Source of the DNA: Candidatus Latescibacterota bacterium
Lineage (GTDB): Bacteria > Latescibacterota > UBA2968 > UBA8231
Reading direction: 5' to 3'
NCBI GenBank assembly: GCA_963422735.1
Contig: OY730476.1
Location: forward strand, 832,001-896,000
DNA: 64,000 bases
Shown: piece by piece, positions 8,895 through 18,091 of the stretch
Position numbering within the stretch: the stretch's first letter is position 1
Layout of the letters: every line of letters starts with the position of its first letter
Notes under the pieces: model-generated
Databases searched by the model: none
What the model was told of the DNA's origin: nothing
Seen by the model: only the letters and a program-made list of their open reading frames with translations
Position numbers and translations under genes: made by a program

Positions 8895-9924
8895 GCACGA
8901 CCCCTAGCGCCTCGGCCGGCGACTCGACGAGCACATCTACGGCCGCGGCGATCTCTTCGAGCGCAAACTCGTGGGTATAGAGCGGTTGGACGCGCAGCTT
9001 CCCGGCGGCCATGGCGCGCAGGCACTCGGCTAGGTTGCGCTGAGTCGGCCACTCGACGAAGACCTCGGGATACGCTCGGCCGCGCTCGTATGCTGGGTCG
9101 TGATAGCCGGGGCCGGTGCGCGCAGCACTCCGCACATCCACGTTGCCCAGCGCGGACCCAAAGCCGTGCGTTATCTGCGCTCCTCCCACGAGGACAATGC
9201 GTCCCATGCGATGCGTATCCGGCGCTTGCTTTAGGCTCTGATAGATGGCGGTAAAGGCATCGCTGGCATCGCCGCCAAAGGCAATGACGCCGAAATCCAT
9301 GCCATACCCTTGGGTGAACCCTTCGGCCTGCTCGACCACATCCTGTACGGCCGGATCGACGACGCACTCTATGCCCACCTGCTGGGCGATATCCCGACGG
9401 CGGGCAAAGCGATCGACCCCCAAGACGTGGCAGCCGCTTAGCTGGGCGAATTGGGCCGTGAGTTGGCCGACCAAGCCCAACCCGACGACGACCCCGTTCT
9501 CCCCGTACAAAGGGGCTGTGCGGCGCACTGCGTGTAATCCGGTCGCCGCCAGATGCACAGACGCGGCCTCGGCAAAGCTAACGCCCTCGGGTATGGCCGC
9601 GCACAAGTTCTGCGGCACACAAGCCCAATCGGCGTGCAGGGCGTACCCGCCCCCCATGCAGGCCACGCCCTGCCCTACCTCGAATTGCTCTACCTCGGCC
9701 CCGACCTGATCGACGACGCCGGCGTTGGCGTAGCCAAAGGGACGCGGTGGACTGTGGGGTTGGGGATTTTTCCGCATGGCCTCCACCCTCCCCAGTTCGC
9801 TCCCCGGGCTGATCAACGAAGCTTCCACCCGCATTTTTATCTCGCCGTCTCCGAGTGCGGGCATGGCTTCCTCTAAACACACCCCCTGACCGCGGCCATC
9901 AATAGCGGCGACTTTCCGCTGCAT
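8875..9924 (-). CDS. Medium-chain (zinc-binding-type) alcohol dehydrogenase family protein
   Basis: ISPGSE, GYANAGVV, VVGLGLVGQ Rossmann motif; AAGGAGG RBS. Confidence 0.85.
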   Translation of the reverse strand: MQRKVAAIDGRGQGVCLEEAMPALGDGEIKMRVEASLISPGSELGRVEAMRKNPQPHSPPRPFGYANAGVVDQVGAEVEQFEVGQGVACMGGGYALHADWACVPQNLCAAIPEGVSFAEAASVHLAATGLHAVRRTAPLYGENGVVVGLGLVGQLTAQFAQLSGCHVLGVDRFARRRDIAQQVGIECVVDPAVQDVVEQAEGFTQGYGMDFGVIAFGGDASDAFTAIYQSLKQAPDTHRMGRIVLVGGAQITHGFGSALGNVDVRSAARTGPGYHDPAYERGRAYPEVFVEWPTQRNLAECLRAMAAGKLRVQPLYTHEFALEEIAAAVDVLVESPAEALGVVLKPARR

Positions 9925-10034
9925 AAGTACCTCCTTCTCGCTCGTGCTGGTTGCGCCCCCACGGGCTGCTGTATTACTTATATACCTTGAATATTTACTT
10001 ATTCTTTTTTCTTTAGCGCACCATTCGAGGCCCT

Positions 10035-10805
10035 GTGAACGTCATCATCGCTGCAATTTTAGGAGGCGTCCTTTTGGTTTGGGGCGGGTTTTTGGGCCTG
10101 CTCCGAATTGCGGACCCCTTCGAGCGCAAACACGTGCTGATCCTCGCCGCGTACACCACCGTCGTCGTCGGCTGTGTCATAGGTTTGGTGCTCTTTATCA
10201 ATCACGATCGGCAAAAGGAGCACCGCTCTCAGCTAGAGGCGCAAATGGAGGACTTCTCCAATCGCCTCTCCGAGCTGAGCACCCGACTCATTGGCCAGCT
10301 AGAGGAAAAAGCTAATCTGACCGCCTCTGAATTCGAGATCCGATCCCTCCTACAAAACGAAGAGGATCACCACCAGCGCACCCGCAACCAACTAGCGACC
10401 CAAATAGCTCACAACAACGCGCTGCAAAACAAAATGGATGCCGAGCGCAAGGCGCGGCTGCGCTACCAATCCGACACCGACCGCAAGCTCGAAGAACGCT
10501 TCCAGCAGGAGAATTTGCGCTACCAAAACCTCGCCGATACCCATAAGCGCTCCTTGGCAAGTGTACGGGAGCAGCTTGGCCCCTTCAATAGAAAGTTGAC
10601 CCGTCTGCAAGAGCAAACCGCGACCTTGCAGCGCAATCAGCAAGCGATCATAGACAAAATCGCCGCCACCCGCGAGACCCACCAAAAACTCGACGCGCTC
10701 GCCCGCAGCCTGAGCGCCCTGTACAACGACTTGAAGCAAACCATGGCGCAAGTCGATAGCCTATATCACAAAACGCCTCCAACATCCACTGGCCCAACGC
10801 CTTAA
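10035..10805 (+). CDS. Hypothetical membrane protein: two N-terminal TM helices plus long coiled coil
   Basis: Two hydrophobic segments within the first ~55 aa, followed by Q/E/L/R heptad-rich sequence. Confidence 0.7.
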   Translation: MNVIIAAILGGVLLVWGGFLGLLRIADPFERKHVLILAAYTTVVVGCVIGLVLFINHDRQKEHRSQLEAQMEDFSNRLSELSTRLIGQLEEKANLTASEFEIRSLLQNEEDHHQRTRNQLATQIAHNNALQNKMDAERKARLRYQSDTDRKLEERFQQENLRYQNLADTHKRSLASVREQLGPFNRKLTRLQEQTATLQRNQQAIIDKIAATRETHQKLDALARSLSALYNDLKQTMAQVDSLYHKTPPTSTGPTP

Positions 10806-10815
10806 GGATCCGACA

Positions 10816-11640
10816 ATGAAACGCACTCTCATCCCTTTCATCGCTCTATTCTTTGCCGCCTGCACCAATAAAGAGCAGGAGATGCTCCTCCTCCAATTGC
10901 AAAGCGATATGGTCCGCGCCAACGCCGCCATTGACTCGCTGACGTACTCGCTCGACGACTCCAACCGCTTGCTCGACGACATGCGGGCACAAGTTGACAG
11001 CACCCAACAGGTCAACGACACGCTTCTCAAAAACGTGCAAAAGCTCAACAAGGAACTGCGGCACTGGAGCAAACTGGCCACCGAATACAAGCAGAGCAAT
11101 GCGCGGTTAAAGCGCGAAATCGAGCAGCTAAGAAGGGAAAAGCAAACGGACCGCTCCACCATCTCCCAGCTACGCGCTGAGACCGACCGCCTCAATGGCG
11201 AGCTGCTGGAAACTCATAGCAGCATCCGCCGCCAGAGTGATCACATCCGCCGCTTAGAGCGGGAGTTGGCCCAGACCAAGGCCGAACTGGACGAGGCCCA
11301 AGCCCAAGCCGCAGCGCAAAACGCGGTGTACCTCTACGCTGCCAACGAGACGCAACTCATAGAGCAGGGCTATCTCAAAACCCACCGCCCCTTTGGCAGC
11401 GGGTTCCGCAAGCAATACGAGTTGGTTAAACAGATCCGCCGCGACAATCCGGGAACCCAAGTCGCACCCATTGGCCAAACCATCGCGCTACCAGGCGAGG
11501 TCGAGGCCCTCGTCGATCACTACGGCAAGCTCAGGAAGGGGGATGACTACGAAATGAAGCGAGGCGAAGCCGGAGTGCAGGTCACGTTTCTCAACGAGTT
11601 GGCCGGTGGCACGGGCGTCTTGGCAGTACTCAAAGAATAG
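10816..11640 (+). CDS. Coiled-coil lipoprotein, possibly Cbp1-adhesin-like
   Basis: Lipobox FFAAC, ~140 aa coiled coil, then C-terminal domain NAVYLYAANETQLIEQGYL reminiscent of Cbp1-type proteins (family call from memory). Confidence 0.65.
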   Translation: MKRTLIPFIALFFAACTNKEQEMLLLQLQSDMVRANAAIDSLTYSLDDSNRLLDDMRAQVDSTQQVNDTLLKNVQKLNKELRHWSKLATEYKQSNARLKREIEQLRREKQTDRSTISQLRAETDRLNGELLETHSSIRRQSDHIRRLERELAQTKAELDEAQAQAAAQNAVYLYAANETQLIEQGYLKTHRPFGSGFRKQYELVKQIRRDNPGTQVAPIGQTIALPGEVEALVDHYGKLRKGDDYEMKRGEAGVQVTFLNELAGGTGVLAVLKE

Positions 11641-11648
11641 CTTGGCCC

Positions 11649-12068
11649 TCACCAAGTGTGGACATAGACCGCCGAGCGCACCTTTTCTCCGGCTTGGTCG
11701 GTCGAGAGCAGCGAGTCGGCAAACGACGCGTGTTTGGCCAGCCGCTCGCGGCTACCTCCTTTGAGAAATAAGTGCAAGTTGGCTTCGGGTTCGGCGGCGA
11801 GGCGGCGCACCATCCGGCGGAACTCCCACTCGCTCAAGGGGCTATCGATGGTGTAGCCATCGCGCGATAGCCCCATGCCCGCGCTCGTGTACAGCACAAC
11901 CCGGTCCCCAGACTGTGGGTCGTGGCGATGGACCCGCCAGACCGGTTGCGTCACGTTGAGAATCATAATGCCTAAGCTCAGCATCAGCATCATAATCCCC
12001 AAGAAGAGTTCCTTGCTAATATCGTGCTCTTCAAACTCGGCGGCTTGGCGCTTGAGATAGCGGCTCAC
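11649..12068 (-). CDS. Single-TM hypothetical protein, putative ExbD/TolR/MotB-like partner
   Basis: Short charged N-terminus, one TM (KELFLGIMMLMLSLGIMILNV), small extracytoplasmic domain; GTGA overlap with the MotA/ExbB-like gene. Confidence 0.55.
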   Translation of the reverse strand: MSRYLKRQAAEFEEHDISKELFLGIMMLMLSLGIMILNVTQPVWRVHRHDPQSGDRVVLYTSAGMGLSRDGYTIDSPLSEWEFRRMVRRLAAEPEANLHLFLKGGSRERLAKHASFADSLLSTDQAGEKVRSAVYVHTW

Positions 12069-12850
12069 AATTTTCTATTCCTCTCTCTGACCCAAGCGTC
12101 CTCCTGCCGGGCGAGCCGCTGGACTAGGTAATCGGCGATCTTGCGTAACGGCAAGTAGGCCAAGAGGCCGACGAGCGTGGTCTTAAAAGCCAAAACCAAG
12201 CCCTCGGCCATGGCGCTGAGCGCCTTAAACGTCTGAGTCGCTTCGTCAATCTGACTCAATTCCTGCGCGGTCAGCAAGATGCCGCAGACCGTACCCAAGT
12301 AGCCGTACAGGGGAATCCTCGCCAGATCGCGGCGCACGTGTGTCAAAGGGTCGCCGAGAAAGCCCACTAACTCGTCCACCAACTCCTCGTCCCTGCTCTT
12401 GCGATCGCTGTAGTTACCGGGTTGACGCTGCAATACCGCTAGCTTCTCCATTCTCCTGCGGCCCAAGGTATTAGGGCCGGGACCGCCTCCCCTCTCCCAA
12501 GCCCGCTCCTCGCGACGAAGATGCAAACTAATGTGTGTCAGGCTCAACAGATGGCCGCCAGCCGACCAAGCGATCAGCACGTATGAGAAGCGGCCAATCC
12601 ACGCAAAGGAACTGGCGAGATGCTGATTGATGAAGAGGTAATAAGCGGCTAGCGCTCCAACAATCAACCCGGTCAGCATACCTATACTGCTGGCGAGGAA
12701 CTGCAGGCGAGGCACGTACAGGGAGTACACTTCGTCGTGCCGGCGCATGCGCCGAGCTCGTCGCAAGTGCAAACAGCTAACGGTGACGCCGCCGGCCAGT
12801 GCCAACAGGATGCTGCTGCCTAATACTAGTTCGTCGTTCAACAGGTACAT
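12065..12850 (-). CDS. MotA/TolQ/ExbB proton channel family protein
   Basis: IPLYGYLGTVCGI...EGLVLAFKTTLVGL..YLP matches the ExbB/TolQ TM2-TM3 signature; three additional N-terminal hydrophobic segments. Confidence 0.75.
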   Translation of the reverse strand: MYLLNDELVLGSSILLALAGGVTVSCLHLRRARRMRRHDEVYSLYVPRLQFLASSIGMLTGLIVGALAAYYLFINQHLASSFAWIGRFSYVLIAWSAGGHLLSLTHISLHLRREERAWERGGGPGPNTLGRRRMEKLAVLQRQPGNYSDRKSRDEELVDELVGFLGDPLTHVRRDLARIPLYGYLGTVCGILLTAQELSQIDEATQTFKALSAMAEGLVLAFKTTLVGLLAYLPLRKIADYLVQRLARQEDAWVRERNRKL

Positions 12851-14049
12851 CCCTTCGCGCTGAAGAGCTTCCACCACAGCCGACTCACCACCCCCAGATA
12901 GAACAGCAAGCCAGTCGCAATCCCCCACAGTTCCCACGGCGCGCTGGGGCCGACGTGGATGCCCCGAGCGGACGATTCCTGTACACCCATACCCCCCGAT
13001 CCCGTAGAGCGGCCCTCGCCTTTGGCTGAGCCGCGTGCGGCCGGGGGTACGTAATCTCGGCGGCGGTCTGCTCCCCCGCTCGCCGCGCCGATCAAGACAC
13101 GCTGCGGCACGATGTGGCTCGCACCTTTAAGGGCCTGTTTTTTGGGGAAAACCAACTCGCGTTGCGCGGCGGGCAATGACTCGGTCCAAGCGAGCAATTT
13201 TTTCGCCGCGTCTATGCTTTCGACTTCGGCCAATTTGCTCGCTTTCCCGAGGGAAAAAGCCAGCCGCCCGCGGACAAACCCCTGATAGAGCACATCCTGT
13301 GTCGCGCTGCGGCGCGCTTGGAGTTTTTGTGCCAATTCATCGCGTTGCTTTTGCAGATGCACTAGACGGCTGACGACCATATGAGTCTCCATAGGCTGGT
13401 GCGGCGCCGCGCGGGCAGTGTCAGTGAGCGGGCGGCGCCGCGCTGCGCGGGCCAATTGCGCGGCGTCAAAGCTGGCCTCTAATTCGACCTCGCCAAACAG
13501 CCTCGTCCCCCAGATGACTTCGGCCCCGGGAATGTCGGGCAAGCTGTGGTTGTAAAAACGCGGCTCGGCCCGCTGGCCGGCCACCCACCAGCGGCCATCG
13601 CCGGTAGCTAGCACCTTGCGCAAGCGGCCACGGCCGTCTTGCAAGTACAAACCGGCCATAAAGCCGCTCTCGACCCGGTCGGTGTCCCAGCAATGGGCGC
13701 GCAAGACATTGGACTTGCGCAGGTACACGACGGGAATTTCGACCCGAGTTGGGGTCAAGCGCGTCTCCCCGATCCGGTGTCCATTAAGGTACAGCTCGGC
13801 TTCGTCGTCAGCCCAAAAAATCAGCAATAGTTTGGAATTGGCTGGCAATAGCCGGCTGTTCCCTTTTTGATTTGCCAATTCGCGCAGCTTGTCCCCGCCA
13901 TAGAGGCGGACCAAGGTGTCGATGCTGGCGGACACTTGGTTGTACTGCTGTCTGAGTGCCACCACGTCATCAGCCGCAGCGGCCGCGGCCCAACCGACTC
14001 CGCACACCGCCCAAGCCAACCAACACATCCATCGCGCATAGCCGCTCAT
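12838..14049 (-). CDS. Secreted/C-terminally anchored protein with a galactose-binding (jelly-roll)-like domain
   Basis: Signal peptide ending AAAAA, WADDEAELYLNG..IG...NVLRAH...GFMAGL...W pattern, C-terminal TM; ATGA overlap with the SDR stop. Confidence 0.6.
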   Translation of the reverse strand: MSGYARWMCWLAWAVCGVGWAAAAAADDVVALRQQYNQVSASIDTLVRLYGGDKLRELANQKGNSRLLPANSKLLLIFWADDEAELYLNGHRIGETRLTPTRVEIPVVYLRKSNVLRAHCWDTDRVESGFMAGLYLQDGRGRLRKVLATGDGRWWVAGQRAEPRFYNHSLPDIPGAEVIWGTRLFGEVELEASFDAAQLARAARRRPLTDTARAAPHQPMETHMVVSRLVHLQKQRDELAQKLQARRSATQDVLYQGFVRGRLAFSLGKASKLAEVESIDAAKKLLAWTESLPAAQRELVFPKKQALKGASHIVPQRVLIGAASGGADRRRDYVPPAARGSAKGEGRSTGSGGMGVQESSARGIHVGPSAPWELWGIATGLLFYLGVVSRLWWKLFSAKGCTC

Positions 14050-14816
14050 ATATTGGACTTGGATTGCCCCCCATCGACATTGATGCAGGCACCGGTCACC
14101 CATTGCGCCCGGTCGGACGCCAGGAAGGCCACTACATCGGCGACCTCCTCCGGGGTGCCAAAGCGACCAAAGGGTATATTGGCGTCAATAAATGCTTGGA
14201 TTTGCGCTGGATTTTCCTTCATCCGCCGCTCCCAACTCCCCCCGGGAAAGAGAATGGAGCCCGGGGCCACGGTATTGACGCGGATGTTCTTCTTCGCCGC
14301 TTCAATGGCCAAGTTGGCCCCTAGGCTGATCAGCGCCGCTTTGGTGGCATTATAGGCAACAGGCCCGCCGGTTTCGCGGCCAAAAATCGAAGCGATGTGG
14401 ACGATGCTGCCGCCTCCGCGCGCTTCCATTAAGGGGATCGCCGCACGGCTCACTCGCACGGCCGAGAGGAAGCTCAAGTTGATGCTGTCGTTCCACTCAG
14501 TATCGTCGATCTCGACAAAAGGGGTCCACTTCGCTCCACCGACATTGTTTACGAGAATGTCGAGCCCGCCAAAGCGGCTTTTTGCCGCCTCCGCCACAGC
14601 GACCGCGCCCTCCGGCGTCGTCACGTCTTGCGCGGTGGCCTCCACCTCTGCACCCCGGTCTACTAATTCGGTGGCCGCTTCCGCCAGCGCGTCGGCACCG
14701 CGGGCACAGATGCAGAGCCGCGCACCTTCGGTGGCCAAGGCCGCGGCAATGCGCTTGCCAATGCCGCGGCTAGCTCCGGTCACCAAGGCGACTTTATCTT
14801 TGAGTCCTAAATCCAA
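14046..14816 (-). CDS. SDR family oxidoreductase (FabG-like)
   Basis: TGASRGIG, NNVG, YNATK, NTVAPG, VDGG; TTG start with AGGAG RBS. Confidence 0.92.
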   Translation of the reverse strand: MDLGLKDKVALVTGASRGIGKRIAAALATEGARLCICARGADALAEAATELVDRGAEVEATAQDVTTPEGAVAVAEAAKSRFGGLDILVNNVGGAKWTPFVEIDDTEWNDSINLSFLSAVRVSRAAIPLMEARGGGSIVHIASIFGRETGGPVAYNATKAALISLGANLAIEAAKKNIRVNTVAPGSILFPGGSWERRMKENPAQIQAFIDANIPFGRFGTPEEVADVVAFLASDRAQWVTGACINVDGGQSKSNI

Positions 14817-14817
14817 A

Positions 14818-15804
14818 CTACACTCCTTTTTCAATGCCCGGAGCCAGCGCACCGGGGTTGGTTGCGAAAAGCGCGATTAAGTAAGCAATGCACAACACCA
14901 ACAACACCAAGCCTTTCGAGCGGTTTAACTCGTAGCCAAAGCGCATCAGCCCAAGCATCGCCAGCACGATCACCAACATCCATGGGAACATGAAATTGAC
15001 CACGTCGGCCGGAACTACCAGCGGATTGGCCAAGGCCGAGGCGCCGGCAATCCAGCAGATATTGAGAATGTCGGCCCCGAGGATGTTGCCCACCGCCAAA
15101 GCCCCTTGGCCCTTGCGGGCGGCGGTAATGCAGGTGGCGATCTCGGGTATCGAAGTGCCCAAGGCCACGACCACCAAGCCAATGACCACGTCCGGCAGCC
15201 CCAACGCCATCGCTACCACCGGGGTCGCCTCGACGATAAAGTGGCTGCTGACGACGACGCCGGCCAAACCGCCGACGAATAGCAACGCTACCAACCAGAG
15301 GCTGCGCGGAGCGGCTCCATCCTCGCCGACCTCAGCACGTGGCCGCCGCTTCTGCTCCCAAAACGAGTATATTAGGTATAAGACGAAAAGACCTACCAAC
15401 GTGCCGCCTTCCACCCGGGTCAGCGTCCCGTCGGAGGCCATGTACCAAGCTACCAGATCCACGGTGATGAGAAAAATCGCTGCCGAGCGCAGCACGACGC
15501 GGTCGATGGCAATGGCCGCGGTGGCAAAAAGCGCGGCCATGGGCAGGGCTAAGCCATCGTCGTAAATGACCGATCCCACGGCATTGCCCAGCGCCACTTC
15601 GGGCTTCTCCCCTAAGGCGGCGGTCACAGAGACTGCCAGCTCGGGCGCGGTAGTGCCGATGCCGACGATGACGATGCCGATCAATATCGGCGGGGCGCGG
15701 AGATAGCGCGCAATATCAATGGCTCCCTCCACCAGATAGTCGGCGCATTTGGCCAACAGCACGAAGGATAGGACCATCAGGCCCGCTGCCTCCCATACCT
15801 CCAT
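14818..15804 (-). CDS. Calcium/sodium antiporter (YrbG/CaCA family)
   Basis: Two alpha-repeats: GTTAPE..GNAVGS and GTSIPE..GNILGAD. Confidence 0.9.
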   Translation of the reverse strand: MEVWEAAGLMVLSFVLLAKCADYLVEGAIDIARYLRAPPILIGIVIVGIGTTAPELAVSVTAALGEKPEVALGNAVGSVIYDDGLALPMAALFATAAIAIDRVVLRSAAIFLITVDLVAWYMASDGTLTRVEGGTLVGLFVLYLIYSFWEQKRRPRAEVGEDGAAPRSLWLVALLFVGGLAGVVVSSHFIVEATPVVAMALGLPDVVIGLVVVALGTSIPEIATCITAARKGQGALAVGNILGADILNICWIAGASALANPLVVPADVVNFMFPWMLVIVLAMLGLMRFGYELNRSKGLVLLVLCIAYLIALFATNPGALAPGIEKGV

Positions 15805-15825
15805 GGTTTTAGCTCGTGGCCGTCT

Positions 15826-16698
15826 TCACTGCGCGTCTAAGTAGGAAGACAAGAGGCGCTCGGCGTTTCGATAGGCGATCTTGTCAAAGGCTTCCGCAGG
15901 TAGCTCAAGGGTGAGCAGAAAATCCATCAATTGGGAGTCAAAGTAGTCCCGACCAAAGAGCAATTTGTCCTGAAATTCGAGGAGGAAATCGCGCCCGAAG
16001 CGCCGGTCCCTTTGCAATGCACGCAACCCCGACCCGGCCGACAGATCGGCATATAGATTGCGGTACTGGCGCATCATCGGGGCCAAGCGTCCATTCGGCA
16101 GCAATGGGCCGCTCGGATAGCTCTCCTTAGCGTAGCGATCATCCCCGGAAATATGGGCCCAAAACCCAGGGGCATGACCGATGAAGACCGTCTGCGGACA
16201 GGCCACAATCGCACGTTCAAGCGCGTCGAGACTGCCGCCGTACCACCAGTTTGGGCGCGGGTAATCGCTGCGGCCATGGTCAATTGGATAGTCGAGATGG
16301 ATCGTAATGGGCAAGCGCATCGCGCCACAAGCCTCGTACAGGCGCAGTGCGTCTGGATCGTCAAATGGCAGGCGCACCTTCAGCTCGGAGGCCACCTGCA
16401 CACCGTGAATTTCGACCGCGGCCTTGAGCCGGTCTATGGCGTCGGGCCGCTTGGGATGAGGCATATAGCCGAGGACAAAGCGCTCGGGCGCTTCCCTGCC
16501 GACGGCCAGCACATCTTCTAAGGGAATCCCCAAGCCCGTAGGGGGCAACACCAAGTGATACGAAGGCGAGTATTCATCTGCAGGGACCTCCCACGAAAAA
16601 AGCCACATCTGTTCGATACCCTGCTCGTCCATGTTGCGCAGGATTTTGGCGGCGTTAAACCCGTGCCAATTGGGGTGATTATGCGCGTCAATGAGCAT
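15826..16698 (-). CDS. Amidohydrolase family protein (Amidohydro_2)
   Basis: IDAHNH, ITIH, IGHAPGFW, LLFGRD. Confidence 0.88.
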   Translation of the reverse strand: MLIDAHNHPNWHGFNAAKILRNMDEQGIEQMWLFSWEVPADEYSPSYHLVLPPTGLGIPLEDVLAVGREAPERFVLGYMPHPKRPDAIDRLKAAVEIHGVQVASELKVRLPFDDPDALRLYEACGAMRLPITIHLDYPIDHGRSDYPRPNWWYGGSLDALERAIVACPQTVFIGHAPGFWAHISGDDRYAKESYPSGPLLPNGRLAPMMRQYRNLYADLSAGSGLRALQRDRRFGRDFLLEFQDKLLFGRDYFDSQLMDFLLTLELPAEAFDKIAYRNAERLLSSYLDAQ

Positions 16699-16760
16699 TT
16701 GTTAATAATATTCTCGCGGGTAAAAACTGTCAAGATAAAGCGCAGTTTATCTATTGCGAT

Positions 16761-16798
16761 TATGAATAATTATTTTTGATTAATAATTTTTATTTATT
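16761..16798. promoter_or_regulatory. Putative tandem ARG boxes (ArgR operator) upstream of argG
   Basis: Very AT-rich island containing TATGAATAATTATTTTTG and TAATAATTTTTATTTATT, resembling the WNTGAATWWWWATTCANW consensus, 2 bp apart. Confidence 0.55.
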
Positions 16799-16831
16799 AT
16801 ATTATTTGCTTTACCCACAAAAGGACCAACC

Positions 16832-18091
16832 ATGAATATCGCAGATCTAAAAGGCCAGAAGGTCATGCTAGCCGCGTCCGGTGGCCTCGATAGCTGTACC
16901 ATCACCCATTGGCTTCAATCCCAAGGCCTAGAAGTAGTCGCCTATACCGCCAATCTGGGCCAGCCCGACGAGGAGCACATCGAAGACATACAGAGCCGGA
17001 TGCAGGCCTGTGGAGCCTCTGAGACGATCCTCGACGACCGCAGAGAGGCTATTTGCCAGACCGGTATCCAACTCGTCCAAGCTCAAGCCCGCTACGAGGG
17101 GGGGTATTGGAACACCACCGGCATCGCCCGGCACGTGACGGTGGCTGGCATGTTGCCCCACATGCAGGAGCGCGGCATCCAAGTGATGGCGCACGGGGCC
17201 ACCGGGCGGGGCAATGACCAAGCCCGCTTCCAACTGGCGGCACAGATGCTCGCGCCGCACATCGAGGTGTACGCTCCTTGGCGCGACCCAGCCTTCTTGC
17301 AAAACTTTGGCGGGCGCAGCGAAATGATCGCTTACTGCCAGGGGCACGGCCTGCCCATAACCGCCACCCCAGACAAGCCCTACTCCACAGATGCCAACAT
17401 GCTCGGGCTGACGCACGAAGCCGGCCAGCTCGAAGCCTTAGACACCGCGGCCAGCCTAATCGCACCCGGCATGGGCTGTTTCCCGCAACAGGCCCCAGAT
17501 ACAGCAGAGGTTTTTACCGTGCGCTTTGAACGAGGCGTTCCGGTTGCCATCAACGGCCGTGCCGTCGGCCCGGTTGCAGCCATCGAGCAAAGCAACGCCA
17601 TTGCCGGGCGGCACGGGGTTGGCATTGGCTTACACGCGGTGGAAAACCGCTTCGTTGGCATCAAGTCGCGCGGTATCTATGAGGCACCGGCCCTAGAACT
17701 GCTCGGCCAGTGCTACGATTACTTGCTCCAGCTCATTCTCGACCGCCGTGCACGGCGGATTTACGCCGTTGTCTCCGGGTTTATTGCCGAGCAAATCTAC
17801 CAAGGCTATTGGTTTGACACGGCGACCCAAGCGAGCTGGAAGGTCATCGAGCATTTTAATCAACTGGCGACCGGGACCCTCTCTGTATCGCTCTATAAAG
17901 GCCAAGTCGCCTTTTGCGCGGCCAGCGACGCCCCCCACTCGCTCTACAGCGAGGACACCGCCTCCATGGAGGCCATCGGCGATTTCGACCACCGCGACTC
18001 CGAGGGCTTCCTCGGCGTCTTGGGCGTCAGTGCCCGCGCACTTCATCAGGCCGGGCAGATTGCGCAACCCAGTGGCGATATAGAGGCTTAA
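16832..18091 (+). CDS. argG: Argininosuccinate synthase
   Basis: ASGGLDS, HGATGRGNDQARF, YSTDANMLG..HE, ENRFVGIKSRGIYEAP. Confidence 0.96.
   Translation: MNIADLKGQKVMLAASGGLDSCTITHWLQSQGLEVVAYTANLGQPDEEHIEDIQSRMQACGASETILDDRREAICQTGIQLVQAQARYEGGYWNTTGIARHVTVAGMLPHMQERGIQVMAHGATGRGNDQARFQLAAQMLAPHIEVYAPWRDPAFLQNFGGRSEMIAYCQGHGLPITATPDKPYSTDANMLGLTHEAGQLEALDTAASLIAPGMGCFPQQAPDTAEVFTVRFERGVPVAINGRAVGPVAAIEQSNAIAGRHGVGIGLHAVENRFVGIKSRGIYEAPALELLGQCYDYLLQLILDRRARRIYAVVSGFIAEQIYQGYWFDTATQASWKVIEHFNQLATGTLSVSLYKGQVAFCAASDAPHSLYSEDTASMEAIGDFDHRDSEGFLGVLGVSARALHQAGQIAQPSGDIEA

Noticed and set aside
11649-12850. Zorya ZorAB assignment for the MotA-like pair
   Set aside because: No long cytoplasmic ZorA tail, no OmpA domain in the partner, and no zorC/D/E nearby.
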